64,000 bases of DNA from assembly GCA_004764695.1 (NCBI GenBank), contig SMSO01000008.1:1-64000 (forward strand), written 5' to 3'. This DNA is from Schizochytrium sp. TIO01 (taxonomy: Eukaryota; Protista; Bigyra: Labyrinthulomycetes). Position numbers and translations under genes: made by a program. A model generated the notes under the pieces. That model did not search any database, had not been told where the DNA came from, and worked only from the letters and a program-made list of their open reading frames with translations. Below, piece by piece: positions 1-11,489 of this stretch; position 1 is the first letter of the stretch, and each line of letters begins with the position of its first letter.

Positions 1-277
1 TAACCTAACCTAACCTAACCTAACCTAACCTAACCTAACCTAACCTAACCTAACCTAACCTAACCTAACCTAACCTAACCTAACCTAACCTAACCTAACC
101 TAACCTAACCTAACCTAACCTAACCTAACCTAACCTAACCTAACCTAACCTAACCTAACCTAACCTAACCTAACCTAACCTAACCTAACCTAACCTAACC
201 TAACCTAACCTAACCTAACCTAACCTAACCTAACCTAACCTAACCTAACCTAACCTAACCTAACCTAACCTAACCTA
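1..277. repeat. Telomeric repeat tract (TAACC)n = (TTAGG)n on the minus strand; left chromosome end
   Basis: About 55 perfect TAACC copies from base 1, with the C-rich strand at the 5' end as expected for a left telomere. Confidence 0.97.
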
Positions 278-3200
278 CTATCATTCATCATATCTTTTAA
301 TGGTTTTACAATAAAAAATTTTATGAAGAATTAAAAATATTTTCTTTTAAAAATAAAAAGTTTTTATGCGCCTGCTGACATTCGTGGATATGGGAGACTT
401 CAATAAGAATAGTATATAATATGATGGAAGTCCTTTGTCTAATTTGTAGAACTATTTTTTCACCACAATTCAGTGTTGATCGTCGATGAATTGTGAAGCG
501 TTCTAGTGGTGCTTGTAGAAAAGTTCTACCTTTTTCATTGATAGAGTTATGACACTTCAAAGTTTTCCTTTTCTCGTTCTTAGTAATATGAGAAACTAAG
601 AAATAACTTTTAATGTCAATAAAAACTTGAATAGATTTCTAAGTTTTCTTAATCAAGATAGGTTTCCTGTCGTACATTTCAGCAGCTTTCCGATAGTACT
701 ACTGGATGATTAATAGGTGACTCATTTGTTGAGGAAATGAATCTTATGCTAACCATTTAATTCTATGGCCTGCTAACAATTAGAGTGATAACTAAGACCT
801 GTTCCCTGTAGCTTGCAAGAAGATTTTCTCTCATCAATCAAATGTGTCCATCTTAGCCATGAACGAGCGACCGAGTGGTTCTTGTGGAAAAGTTCTACCT
901 ACGTTTTCGATTGCGTTAAAACACTACTAAACTCGGTTACTTCTCCTTAATATTAATATGAAAAACTAAGAAATAACTTTTGAAAGTCAGTAAAAACATA
1001 AATAAAAATTTTATTTCTCTTAGCAAACGCATCTTACCTGTTGCAAATTGGCGCTTTTTTTGAAGGGTACCATTCGATGATTAATATATGACCCTGTTGT
1101 TGAGAAAATTCATCTTGTACTAAACATGTTGTTTTATATCCTGCTAACAAATAGAGTGACAGTTTGATGTTTTTTTCTCAATCTTGCAAGAATATTTTCT
1201 ATCATAAATCAAATGCACGCACCTTAACAGTTCATGAATTATCGAATTGTGCTTGTAGTAATGCTCTGACTATTACATTGATAAAGTTAGAACACTACTA
1301 AACTCGGTTACTTCCCTCTTTTATTAATATGAAAGACCAAAAAATAAATTTCAAAGGTTAGTAAAAACATAATCATACTTTTATTTTTCTAAATCAAGAC
1401 ATTGACCCTAATGTAAATTGAAACAGCTTTCCAACGTTACCACTCCATGATTAATATCTATCCTTGTTGTTGAGAAAATGAGTCTTATACTTATCATTTT
1501 ATTCCTTGTTCTATTAACAAATAGAGTAACAACTTGGAGCTTTATACTGAAGCTTGCAAGAAGAAGTTTTCTCATAACTCAAATGCGGACGTATCAACAC
1601 TTATTCCACTACCGGGTGATGCTTGGAGAAAAGTTTTGTTCATTCTTTGTATAGAGTTACAACACTTCTAAACTCAGTTCTTTTTTCATAATAATAGTAT
1701 AAGAGACCAAAAATATCTTTTAAAGGTTAGTAAAAACATAATCGTTATTTTATTTTCTAAATCAAGGCATTTTCCCTAATGTAAATTGAAACAGCTTTCG
1801 AACGGTACCATTCCATGATTAATATCTTTCCCCGTTGTTGAGAAAATGAGTCTTATACTAAACAATTTATTCTCTGTCCTGCTAACAAATAGAGTGATAA
1901 TCTCCAGCTTCATTTCTCAAGCTTGCGAGAAGCTTTTCTCTCATGAATCAAATGTGGTCATCTCAACAAGTAATGGGCTATCGAGTGGTTCTTCTAGAAA
2001 ATTTCTGGTTTTTCTTTTCATAGAGTTAGAACACTACTAAACTCAGCTCTTTCTCCTTATTAATAATATGAGAAACTAAGAAATGACTTTCAAAGTAAAA
2101 AAAACATAATATTAATTTATTTTTTTCTAAAGCACCACGTCTATCTTGTTGCAAATTGCACCAGGGTTCCAACGGTACCCCTCCATGATTTATATCTTTC
2201 CCTGTTGATAAGAAAATGTAGTTTATACTGGTCATTTAATTCTTTATCCTGCTCACAAATAGAGTGACAACTTGGAGCTTGTTTTCTCAAGCTTGCAAGA
2301 AGAGTTTTTCTCGTAAATCAAATACACGCATCTTAACAATTCATGAGCTATCGAATGGTGCTTGTAGTAAAGCTCTGTCAATTCTATTGATAAAGTTAGA
2401 ACACTACCAAACCCAGTTCCTTTCCCCTATTAATAATATGAGAGACCAAAAATAAACTTTCAAAGGTCAGTAAAACTATATGTTTAAAGTATTGTTTCGG
2501 AGAAAACACATCTACCCTGCTGTAAATTCAAGCCGCTTTCCAATGGTACCACTGGATGATTAATATATTATCTCATAGTTGAGATACTGAATCTTATACT
2601 ATTCAATTTACCCTTTATCATGCTAATAAATAGAGTAATAACTTAGAGCTTCTTTTCTCAAACTTGAAAAAAGATTTTCTCTCATGAATCAAATGAGGCC
2701 ACCTCAACAATCCATGCCTTATCCAGTGGTTTTTCTTGGAAAGTTTTGCTTACTCTACTCATAGAGTTAAAACACTACTAACTCGGTTCCTTCCCCATAT
2801 TAATAATATGAGAGACCAAAAATAAACTTTCAAAGGTCAGTAAAACTATATGTTTAAAGTATTTTTTCTGAGAAATTACATCTACCCTGTTGCAATTTCA
2901 AGCAGCTTTCCAATGGTACCACTCCATGATTTATATGTTTCCCCGTTGTTGAGAAAATGAATCTTGTACAAATCTTTTAATTATTTCTTTTGTTATCAAA
3001 TAGAGTAACAACTTAGAGCTTCTTTTCTCAAACTTAAAAGAAGATTTTCTCTCATAAATCAAATGAGGCCACCTCAACAATCCATGCCTTATCCAGTGGT
3101 TCTTCTAGAAAAGTTCTGCTTATTCTACTCATAGAGTTAGAACACTACTAAATTCGGTTCCTCCCCCCTATTAATAATATGGGAGACTAAGAAATGTCTT

Positions 3201-5528
3201 TCAAAAGTCAATAAAACATACTTTAAATTTTATTTTTTCTGAACCAACACATCTACCCTGTTGCAAATGAAAACTGCTTTCCAACGGTACCACTCGATGA
3301 TTAATATATTACTCCATTGTTGAGAAAATGAATCTTATACTAACCATTTAATTCTCTGTCCTGCTCACAAAATAGAGTGACAACTTGGAGCTTCTTTTCT
3401 CAAGCTTGCAAGAAGAATTTCTCTCATAAATTAAATGCGAACATCTCAGCAATTAATTTCCTATCGATTGGTTCTTCCATAAAAGTTCTGTTTATTCTTC
3501 TCAAAGAGTTAGATCACTACTAAACTTGGTTTCCTTCCCCTATTAATAATATGAGAGACCAAAAATAAACTTTCAAAGGTCAGTAAAAAAACATTTCAAT
3601 ACTATTTCACCTGAGCAAACACATCTACCCTGTGGTAAATTGCATCAGCTTTCCAACGGTACCCCTCCATGATTAATATATTGCTTCATCGTTGAGAAAA
3701 TTAATCCTATACTAATCATTTTATTCTTTATCCTGCCAACAAATAGAGTAACAACTTAGAGCTTCTTTTCTCAAATTTGAAAAAAGATTTTCTCTCATGA
3801 ATCAAATGCGGCCATCTCAACAATTCATGCGCTATCGAATGATTCTTCTAGAAAAGCTCTGCTTACTCTACTCATAGAGTTAAAACACTACTAAAGTCGG
3901 TTCCTTCCCCCTATTAATAATATGAGAGACAAAAAAGTAAACTTTTAAAGGTCAGTAAAACTATATGTTTAAAGTATTTTTTCTGAGCAATCACATCTAC
4001 CCTGTTGTAATTTCAAGCAGCTTTCCAATGGTACCACTCCATGATTTATATATTTTCCCGTTGTTGAGAAAATGCATCTTATACTAATCACTTATTTATT
4101 TCTTTTGTTATCAAATAGAGTGACAACTTAGAGCTTCTTTTCTCAAGCTTGCAAGAAGCTTTTCTCTCATAAATCAAATGCACTCATCTCAACAATTTAT
4201 GCGCTATCGAACGATGCTTCTAGAAAAGTTCTGCTTACTCTACTCATAGAGTTAAAGCACTACTAAACTCGGTTCCCTCCCCCTATTAATAATATAAGAG
4301 ACCAAAAATAACCTTTCAAAGGTCAGTAGAAACACATTTTAAGAATATTTCAGCTAAGCAAACACCTCAACCCCGTTGTAAATTGCCCCAGCTGTCCAAC
4401 GGTACCCCTCCATGATTAATATCTTTCCCCGGTGTTGAGAAAATCAATTTTATGCTAGCCGTTCAATTCTCTATCCTGCTCACAAATAGAGTGACAACTT
4501 GGGGCTTTTTTTCTCCAGCTTGCAAGAACATTTATTCTCATAAATCAAATGCTCTCATCTTAACACTTCATAAACTATCGAATGATGTTTGTAGAAAAGC
4601 TCTGTCGATTGTATTTATAGAGATACAACACTACTAACCCAGTTCCTTCCCCCTATTAATAATATGAGAGACAAAAAAAATAACTTTTAAAGGTCAGTAA
4701 AATGCATGTTAAAAGTATTTTTTCTGAGAAAACACATTCAATCTGTTGTAAATTCAACCAGCTTTCCAATGGTACACTTCAATAATTAATATACTATCCT
4801 ATTTTAAGAAAGTGAATCTTATACTAACCATTTAATTCTCTGTCCTGCTCACAAACAGAATGATAACTTGGGGCTTCTTTTCTCAAGCTTGACAGGGTCT
4901 TTTTTCTCACAAATCAAATTCGAGCATCTCAGCTATTCATGTTCTATCAATGGGTGCCTATAGCAAAGTCCTTTCTATTCTATTCATAGAGTTAGATGTT
5001 GTCTAGACGAATTGTTGGTCCCGAGTCGGGATAACAAGGAGTCTCCTGCCTTTCTAATCATACCTTTTACAGAGGTAGGGTTAGGGTAAAGGTTAAGCAT
5101 TGGACAACAAAGAATCTCTTAACTTTCTTATTATACCTTTTGCAGTAGTAGGGTTAGGGTAATGCTCGTGAATTATATACATGAACACGAGTATTAACCC
5201 ATAATACCACTGTAAAAGTATCAAAGAACGTAGGAGAATCTTTATCAAGAAAACAAATACTCACTAAGGGACACATGGACTAAACACTAGTAGTTGCGGT
5301 TTTCCGCTCGGTGGCCGCCACTAATAAAGGACATGTGTAACAGAGACTGAGTAGAAATAACTTCTTCACTGCCGGCAGTATGTCAGCAGACCTCAAACTA
5401 TACAACCTCAACCTAAAAAAGTAAACAACCTTTCGAGTCTCTGTCACTCTACAGCATTCAACAAAAGGTTATTGGCCTATTAACTCTCGTTCTTTGCTGC
5501 CCCGCGCACTCTCTGCACTGGTCCGACC

Positions 5529-8500
5529 ATGGTGCAAGAAGAAGTAGCCTCCGAACATGAGGAGGTCGCCTCCGTCGTGTATGAAGACGACGATGATGAC
5601 GACAGTGAAAGTATGGCAACCGCCAACTTTCATGGTCCCCTCCCCGCGGTCCCTGCCACCGCGATGCACTCCAGCGACAATCTGGAGTTTCTGCTGGCGT
5701 CCGAGTCAGCCCCAACCATCCATTACCAACCTGAGACTCCGGCTCTCATCAAAGGTATCAAGCGCTACTTCGAAAATAATCGCTCGACACCAACGTACGA
5801 CGGCGACTTTGAAGAATACTCCGATTTCTTCGAAGGCTTCTGCGGCTACTACGAACTTCCCTTCAAGGACATCAATACATGGAAACCTGGCCAGCCGGCA
5901 TCTATTTGCAAAGCCCAGGACTCTGTGTTGGCACTCTTTCTGCTCGAAGGTTTCAAGAAGTCATCCCTGTCTTCAGTCATACGCTCCAGGTATGCCAAAG
6001 GCAGCGGCCTTGTCGGGTGGTACGTGCTTAGACAACGCTTCAACCAGCACTCTAGACTCAACCAACAGCGTCGTTGGAAAGAGCTGATGAGTGTCATGGC
6101 CGCTTGTCCCAAACCCCACGAGGATCGCTCCAAGCTGGACGACCACATCGACAAGTTGAACACCGCCATTGCCAAGCTCGAAAAGACTCGCCCTACGTTA
6201 CAGTCTATCATGCTGTTCAGCTACATCCAACAGCTCCCTGCAGAGTATGACAAGATCAAGGCTGATCTCTACGCTCACTCTACTCTGACATTCCGTGTCA
6301 TTCACGAACGCACCGGCCTGACTATGGAATCTGCTAAAGCTGCCAACACTTCTGTTTCCAATGAAGTGACTGGTGCTTTTGGCGCTTCTACTGACGCGAC
6401 ACTTCTCCAACTCGCTGCAGCTGTTAGCCAAGCCTTTGGCAACTCTCCAAGCCCTCCGCAGCCCCGCAATTACCGTTCTCGTGGCAGATACCATGGCTCT
6501 CATCGAAACAACTCCCACCGTTGTCTTCGTTGCGCGCAAAATCACGCCACAGACAATTGCAACCTTGACCCTAGAGTTCGCTGCGCTCGCTGCAACAAAC
6601 CAGGTCACAAGGCCATAGTCTGCCGCAGCGTTCCCACTGAGGAATACTTTGCTGCTAACGTAAAAGATTTTTCAAAGTCTGCTTACCTTGGTGGCAATGC
6701 TTTTCCTTCAACTGTTATTGACAGTGGAGCTGGTGTTACAGTTGTTCCTAGCCGTCGACACATTCATTCTGAACTACCTCTACAAAAAGCAACACCTATT
6801 GTAGGTGTCTCAGGTGAATTACAAAATCCAGACAGTGTAGGCACTTACCTATCGCCATTCATTCCCAATGCCCCCGCCATACCTGCTCAAGTACATGACA
6901 GGGCCCCAGCTGTACTTGAAAGTCTCGCTGCTCTACACGCTGCTGGAGCCGAGCTACACATTACCAAAGATCGCCAAGTCCTTGTCTGGCAAAATCAAGA
7001 GATCCCTTTACAATTTTGCAACAACGCATTGACTTATGCACAGGACACTACGAGCGAACCAACTGCAACACCAGTGTTTGCCGGACTCGACATTCTTGAG
7101 GCCCATCGTAGAGCTGGCCATCGCTCATTCGAAACACTTGATGCTATATCAAAACAAGTTTCGGGACTCCCTCTTGCGAAAATACAAGGATCTTTTCCAG
7201 TCTGCCCTGGTTGTGCTCAAGGTGACTCATCGCGCTCTCCCATTCGTAAAGGACCTCACTCACCTCGCAGTACCGGTCCGCGCCAAGTATCACATGTCGA
7301 CCTGCTTGGTATTAAAACGCGCTCCAGCACAGGCAACAAATACTGTGTTGTCTTTGTGGACGATTACTCCAAGTATCGGCGATGCTATTCGTTTCCTGAG
7401 TGCAATGCCGAAACACTTGTCAAAGCCATTCGGGCGTGGCGAAGAGACTGGCTCGGCGCCGCTCCCGGGAAAACTTCAACCCCTGAAGGCTTAACTCTCA
7501 TTGCCGATCATGCTTTCGCTTCCAGACTTGTACAGGAACAAATGGACTTGTACAATTGGAAACTGCAATTTGCATCTCCCCATGAACACGGTACTCATGG
7601 CGTCGCTGAACGCACAGTAGGTCTCGTTTCTCGCCTCGCTTGGTCCTATCTTCATGACTGCAATCTCCCGAGCACCTTTTGGGATTTTGCAACCGATTAC
7701 GCATGTTGGACCCTTAACCGCCTTCCATCGCCTCGGACCTCTCAGGTGCCTGCTGTCATTCATGGATGTGGTACTGCCGATTTGTCTCCAAGTCGACAAT
7801 TTGGCACCCTTGTTGCTTACCATCAACACAATCCCAGTGTTGCAACTAAAAGCGACTTTGCTGCCAAAGGAAGCCTTGGTATTTTTCTGGGCTGCAGTTC
7901 TCGACATAGCTTTGGGACATCACGCATCATGTCTTTGGACTCTCGCCGCATCGTCTTTTCGCGGAGTTACCGTGCTCTGCCTTACCTTCCTCAGCTTTCT
8001 GAATCATCTGACTACATTCGCAAGCAACTTTTGAACAACTCTTTACACAATACTGCCCCAGTAAAGGTTTTCTCCAACGATTACGGTGACATTACTTCGA
8101 GTCCATCGAGTTCTGATTTTTTCCACCCTCTTACCAAAGATACCTCGTCTCTGATTTTTCCTTCAAACTCTTCAGAGATCAAACATCCCTCCAGTCCCTC
8201 CTTCACTAATGACGTTTCTGTCAACTTTGATCTCGCAGGCTCTTCTGGCGAAAACGAAGAAGATCTACATTTTAGCTACCCTGCCCAAAGTACTCCCGCA
8301 GCATCCAGTCCAGAGCAGGAGGTGTCCGACCTTATAGACTTTCAGCAGGAGGTGCCCGATCTTATTAGCATTGATCAGGAGGTGCCTGATCTTATTAGCA
8401 TTGATCAGGAGGTGCCTGATCTTATTAACATTGATCAGGAGGTGCCCGACGCTACCATTATAGAGAAGGAGGTGCCCGATGTTACCATCATTGAGCAGGA

Positions 8501-10541
8501 GGTGGATTCTTCACAGAAACCACCGCGTAAGTATAAACAGAAACCGTCTTACTCCTCCGAGTTCAAGCAAGCTCTTCGTGAATTTGTTGATGCTGGTCCA
8601 TTATACCCTGGACAAGTTCTACAAATAGCAAACAACAAATTCCATTGGGTAGATCCAATTCTTGGCGACGTCGACACCGGCTCTACAACAAGAAGTGGTA
8701 AAACCTTCCATCCAAGTTCCTCAACTTCAGCCCCAGCTTTATTGACGAAGGAGGTGAACAATCAGGAAGCTTCTACTTCAAACACTCACGTTTACGAGGA
8801 CCCACGCAGACCTGTTCGCGAGCCTCGTCACGAAAGTGATCTTCGACTTTACAGCGACTATGAGAAAGCCATGTGGAGGAAAACAGATGATGAAGAAATG
8901 GCAAATCATGCAGCACAAGAAACCCTGCAAGAAGTCCCAAAGTCGGAGGTGCGTGGAAAAGTCTTAGATGTCATGAAGGTCTACAAGAAAAAGCCCGCAG
9001 ACAACGAAGGGCGCCGTAGACTTAAGATGAGACTTGTTGTTCGCGGTGATCAAGAACCAACCTCTGAACAAGAAGTAGCATCACCAGTTACGATGCCATC
9101 TTCCGTACGCATCCAAATTACCTTGGGTCTTACACAGGAGCATGACTTTGCTATTTTCGACATTACAAGTGCTTTCCTCACTGCACCGGTACATGACAAA
9201 GACATTTTCATACGAGTACGGACTTTCTACGGTGAATACACTTACTATCGCCTTCTGAAATCGGTCTATGGCATCTCATCTGCTCCGCTAAGATTTTACA
9301 AAGAACTAGCGCATGCTTTTGATGCTTTTGGCTTAGCACCTTGCCCCGATGATGCATGCCTTTTCCATCATAAAGGCCTGAACCTGACAGTGTCTACCCA
9401 TGTCGATGATGGTTTGGTTTCTGGTCCTGCCTCGAGTGTCAAAGCTCTTGAAGGTCATCTAAAATCATATTTTGGGAACGACAAAGTGGACTTCGAACAT
9501 TTACCCGACAACAAACGTGTTCGATACCTTGGAGCGCATCTTACGATCAATCGAAGTTCCAAGATCGCTTTGTTAGATCATGCCGACTTTATTGAGGAAC
9601 TTCTCGAAACTCATGGTCTTAACAATTGTCAACCACGCATCACTCCTGCATCTGCAAACCCGTTAACATTTCCTAAGGAGGCCAAAACTGATCCCCTTTA
9701 TCAGTCATTGGTGGGAAGTCTTCAATGGATAGTCAATACACGCCCCGACATTGCATTTGCAGTTAAAGAACTTGGTAGACACAATCGTGCAGCAACCGAA
9801 GAACACTTTACAGCAGCCAAAGCTGTTTTACGTTACCTTGCTGGCACGAGCAACATCGGGATAGTCTTACGAGGAGCCATACAACTTTCGGACATAAAGC
9901 TTGAAGCTTGGTGCGATGCCTCTTACGCGCCTTGCCCTTACACACGACGTTCTACACTTGGCTACCTGCTAACAGTTAATGGGTCTACCATTCTGACAAA
10001 GTCTAGTACAGAACGAACTGTGGCACTTTCCTCAACTGAGGCAGAACTCTACGCTGCGAACGAAGCCGCTAAAGCCATTATTTGGAACCGTCGCATCTTA
10101 GATTTTCTGGGCTGTCCCCAAGCTGATGCATCGCCACTATACACGGACAATCAAGCTATCATCCCTTTGATTCGAAACTTGAGCGTTGGCAACAACTCTA
10201 AGCATGTGGACATTCGCAGACACCATCTTCATCAACTTTTAGAGGACAACATCATTTCTCTATCTTATGAAAACACTCGGACCAATCCAGCTGACGTGTT
10301 GACCAAACACCTTAGTCGGGAGCTTCATCACTATCATATCTACCGCATCTGCCTTGCTTTTCTTGGGCACGTAACTCCCGGAGATACGGATCGCTCTGTA
10401 TCTGCACTTCTAGGAACAAGGCTCACGTCTAAGAAGTTTGGGGAGGTGTGTTGTCTAGACGAATTGTTGGTCCCGAGTCGGGATAACAAGGAGTCTCCTG
10501 CCTTTCTAATCATACCTTTTACAGAGGTAGGGTTAGGGTAA
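5529..10541 (+). CDS. Copia Gag-Pol polyprotein, single ORF of 1670 aa
   Basis: Zn knuckles (CLRCAQNHATDNC, CARCNKPGHKAIVC), protease (VIDSGA), integrase HHCC and catalytic core (HRRAGH...CPGC, FVDDYS), RT (THVDDG), RNase H (WCDASY, NPADVLTK), in copia order PR-IN-RT-RH. Confidence 0.97.
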   Translation: MVQEEVASEHEEVASVVYEDDDDDDSESMATANFHGPLPAVPATAMHSSDNLEFLLASESAPTIHYQPETPALIKGIKRYFENNRSTPTYDGDFEEYSDFFEGFCGYYELPFKDINTWKPGQPASICKAQDSVLALFLLEGFKKSSLSSVIRSRYAKGSGLVGWYVLRQRFNQHSRLNQQRRWKELMSVMAACPKPHEDRSKLDDHIDKLNTAIAKLEKTRPTLQSIMLFSYIQQLPAEYDKIKADLYAHSTLTFRVIHERTGLTMESAKAANTSVSNEVTGAFGASTDATLLQLAAAVSQAFGNSPSPPQPRNYRSRGRYHGSHRNNSHRCLRCAQNHATDNCNLDPRVRCARCNKPGHKAIVCRSVPTEEYFAANVKDFSKSAYLGGNAFPSTVIDSGAGVTVVPSRRHIHSELPLQKATPIVGVSGELQNPDSVGTYLSPFIPNAPAIPAQVHDRAPAVLESLAALHAAGAELHITKDRQVLVWQNQEIPLQFCNNALTYAQDTTSEPTATPVFAGLDILEAHRRAGHRSFETLDAISKQVSGLPLAKIQGSFPVCPGCAQGDSSRSPIRKGPHSPRSTGPRQVSHVDLLGIKTRSSTGNKYCVVFVDDYSKYRRCYSFPECNAETLVKAIRAWRRDWLGAAPGKTSTPEGLTLIADHAFASRLVQEQMDLYNWKLQFASPHEHGTHGVAERTVGLVSRLAWSYLHDCNLPSTFWDFATDYACWTLNRLPSPRTSQVPAVIHGCGTADLSPSRQFGTLVAYHQHNPSVATKSDFAAKGSLGIFLGCSSRHSFGTSRIMSLDSRRIVFSRSYRALPYLPQLSESSDYIRKQLLNNSLHNTAPVKVFSNDYGDITSSPSSSDFFHPLTKDTSSLIFPSNSSEIKHPSSPSFTNDVSVNFDLAGSSGENEEDLHFSYPAQSTPAASSPEQEVSDLIDFQQEVPDLISIDQEVPDLISIDQEVPDLINIDQEVPDATIIEKEVPDVTIIEQEVDSSQKPPRKYKQKPSYSSEFKQALREFVDAGPLYPGQVLQIANNKFHWVDPILGDVDTGSTTRSGKTFHPSSSTSAPALLTKEVNNQEASTSNTHVYEDPRRPVREPRHESDLRLYSDYEKAMWRKTDDEEMANHAAQETLQEVPKSEVRGKVLDVMKVYKKKPADNEGRRRLKMRLVVRGDQEPTSEQEVASPVTMPSSVRIQITLGLTQEHDFAIFDITSAFLTAPVHDKDIFIRVRTFYGEYTYYRLLKSVYGISSAPLRFYKELAHAFDAFGLAPCPDDACLFHHKGLNLTVSTHVDDGLVSGPASSVKALEGHLKSYFGNDKVDFEHLPDNKRVRYLGAHLTINRSSKIALLDHADFIEELLETHGLNNCQPRITPASANPLTFPKEAKTDPLYQSLVGSLQWIVNTRPDIAFAVKELGRHNRAATEEHFTAAKAVLRYLAGTSNIGIVLRGAIQLSDIKLEAWCDASYAPCPYTRRSTLGYLLTVNGSTILTKSSTERTVALSSTEAELYAANEAAKAIIWNRRILDFLGCPQADASPLYTDNQAIIPLIRNLSVGNNSKHVDIRRHHLHQLLEDNIISLSYENTRTNPADVLTKHLSRELHHYHIYRICLAFLGHVTPGDTDRSVSALLGTRLTSKKFGEVCCLDELLVPSRDNKESPAFLIIPFTEVGLG
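8316..8504 (+). repeat. 30-bp in-frame tandem repeat (QEVPDLISID) in the IN-RT linker
   Basis: (C/A)AGGAGGTG recurs every 30 bp from 8316 to 8496 (7 starts). Confidence 0.9.
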
Positions 10542-11489
10542 AGGTTAAGCATTGGACAACAAAGAATCTCTTAACTTTCTTATTATACCTTTTGCAGTAG
10601 TAGGGTTAGGGTAATGCTCGTGAATTATATACATGAACACGAGTATTAACCCATAATACCACTGTAAAAGTATCAAAGAACGTAGGAGAATCTTTATCAA
10701 GAAAACAAATACTCACTAAGGGACACATGGACTAAACACTAGTAGTTGCGGTTTTCCGCTCGGTGGCCGCCACTAATAAAGGACATGTGTAACAGAGACT
10801 GAGTAGAAATAACTTCTTCACTGCCGGCAGTATGTCAGCAGACCTCAAACTATACAACCTCAACCTAAAAAAGTAAACAACCTTTCGAGTCTCTGTCACT
10901 CTACAGCATTCAACAAAATTAGAGCATTACTAAACTCAGTTCTTTCTCCCTATTAATGATATGGGCGACTAAGAAATAACTTTCAAAGGTCAGTAAAAAT
11001 AATTTTTTAAAACATTTCGCCTGAGAAAACACATCTACCCTGTTGTGAATCTTAACAGCTTTCCAACGGTACCACCTGATGATTAATATCTTCCCCCGTT
11101 GTTGAGAAAATGAACCTTATACTAATCATTTTGCTGCTCACAAATAGAGTGGCAACTTAGAGCTTCTTTTCTCAGGCTTGCAAGAAGAGTTTCTCTCATA
11201 AATCAAATGCACCCACTTTAACTATTATTCAGCTATCCGACGATGCTTGTAGCAAAGTTCTATCTATTATATGCATAGAGTTACAACACTACTAAACTCG
11301 TTTCCCTCCCCCTATTAATAATATGAGAGACCAAGAAATAACTTTCAAAGGTCAGTAAAAACACATGGGAGATGTGTTTTCTCAGAAACAAATACTTTAA
11401 CATGTTGCAAATTTTAGCAGCTTTCTGTTGATACTTGTGCAACATTAATATCTTTAGTGGTTAATGAAATATTGTCCCTTGTGAGGATC

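Larger units (their letters stand above)
4997..10918 (+). mobile_element. Full-length Ty1/copia LTR retrotransposon (element 1)
   Basis: 470-bp LTRs at 4997-5466 and 10449-10918 that look identical. TSD TTAGA at 4992-4996 and 10919-10923; removing the element restores the array motif. PBS-like GGTTATTGGCCTA at 5467; PPT AAGTTTGGGGAGGTG just before the 3' LTR. Confidence 0.97.
540..11400. repeat. Subtelomeric tandem array of ~370-bp diverged units, interrupted by the copia element (LORE-TEARS-like spacer)
   Basis: The anchor AAATAGAGTGACAACTT recurs near 779, 1149, 1519, 1887, 2257, 2627, 2998, 3370, 3741, 4113, 4484, 4852 and 11141. GAGTTAGAACACTACTAAAC, TATTAATAATATGAGA and GTTGAGAAAAT are also conserved. 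Stops and 1-bp indels indicate it is non-coding. Confidence 0.92.

Noticed and set aside
1846-4637. Short similar ORFs in the 370-bp units (LLTNRV...LEHY) as a peptide family
   Set aside because: Other units carry stops and 1-bp indels in the same frame, and I found no consistent start or splice signals.
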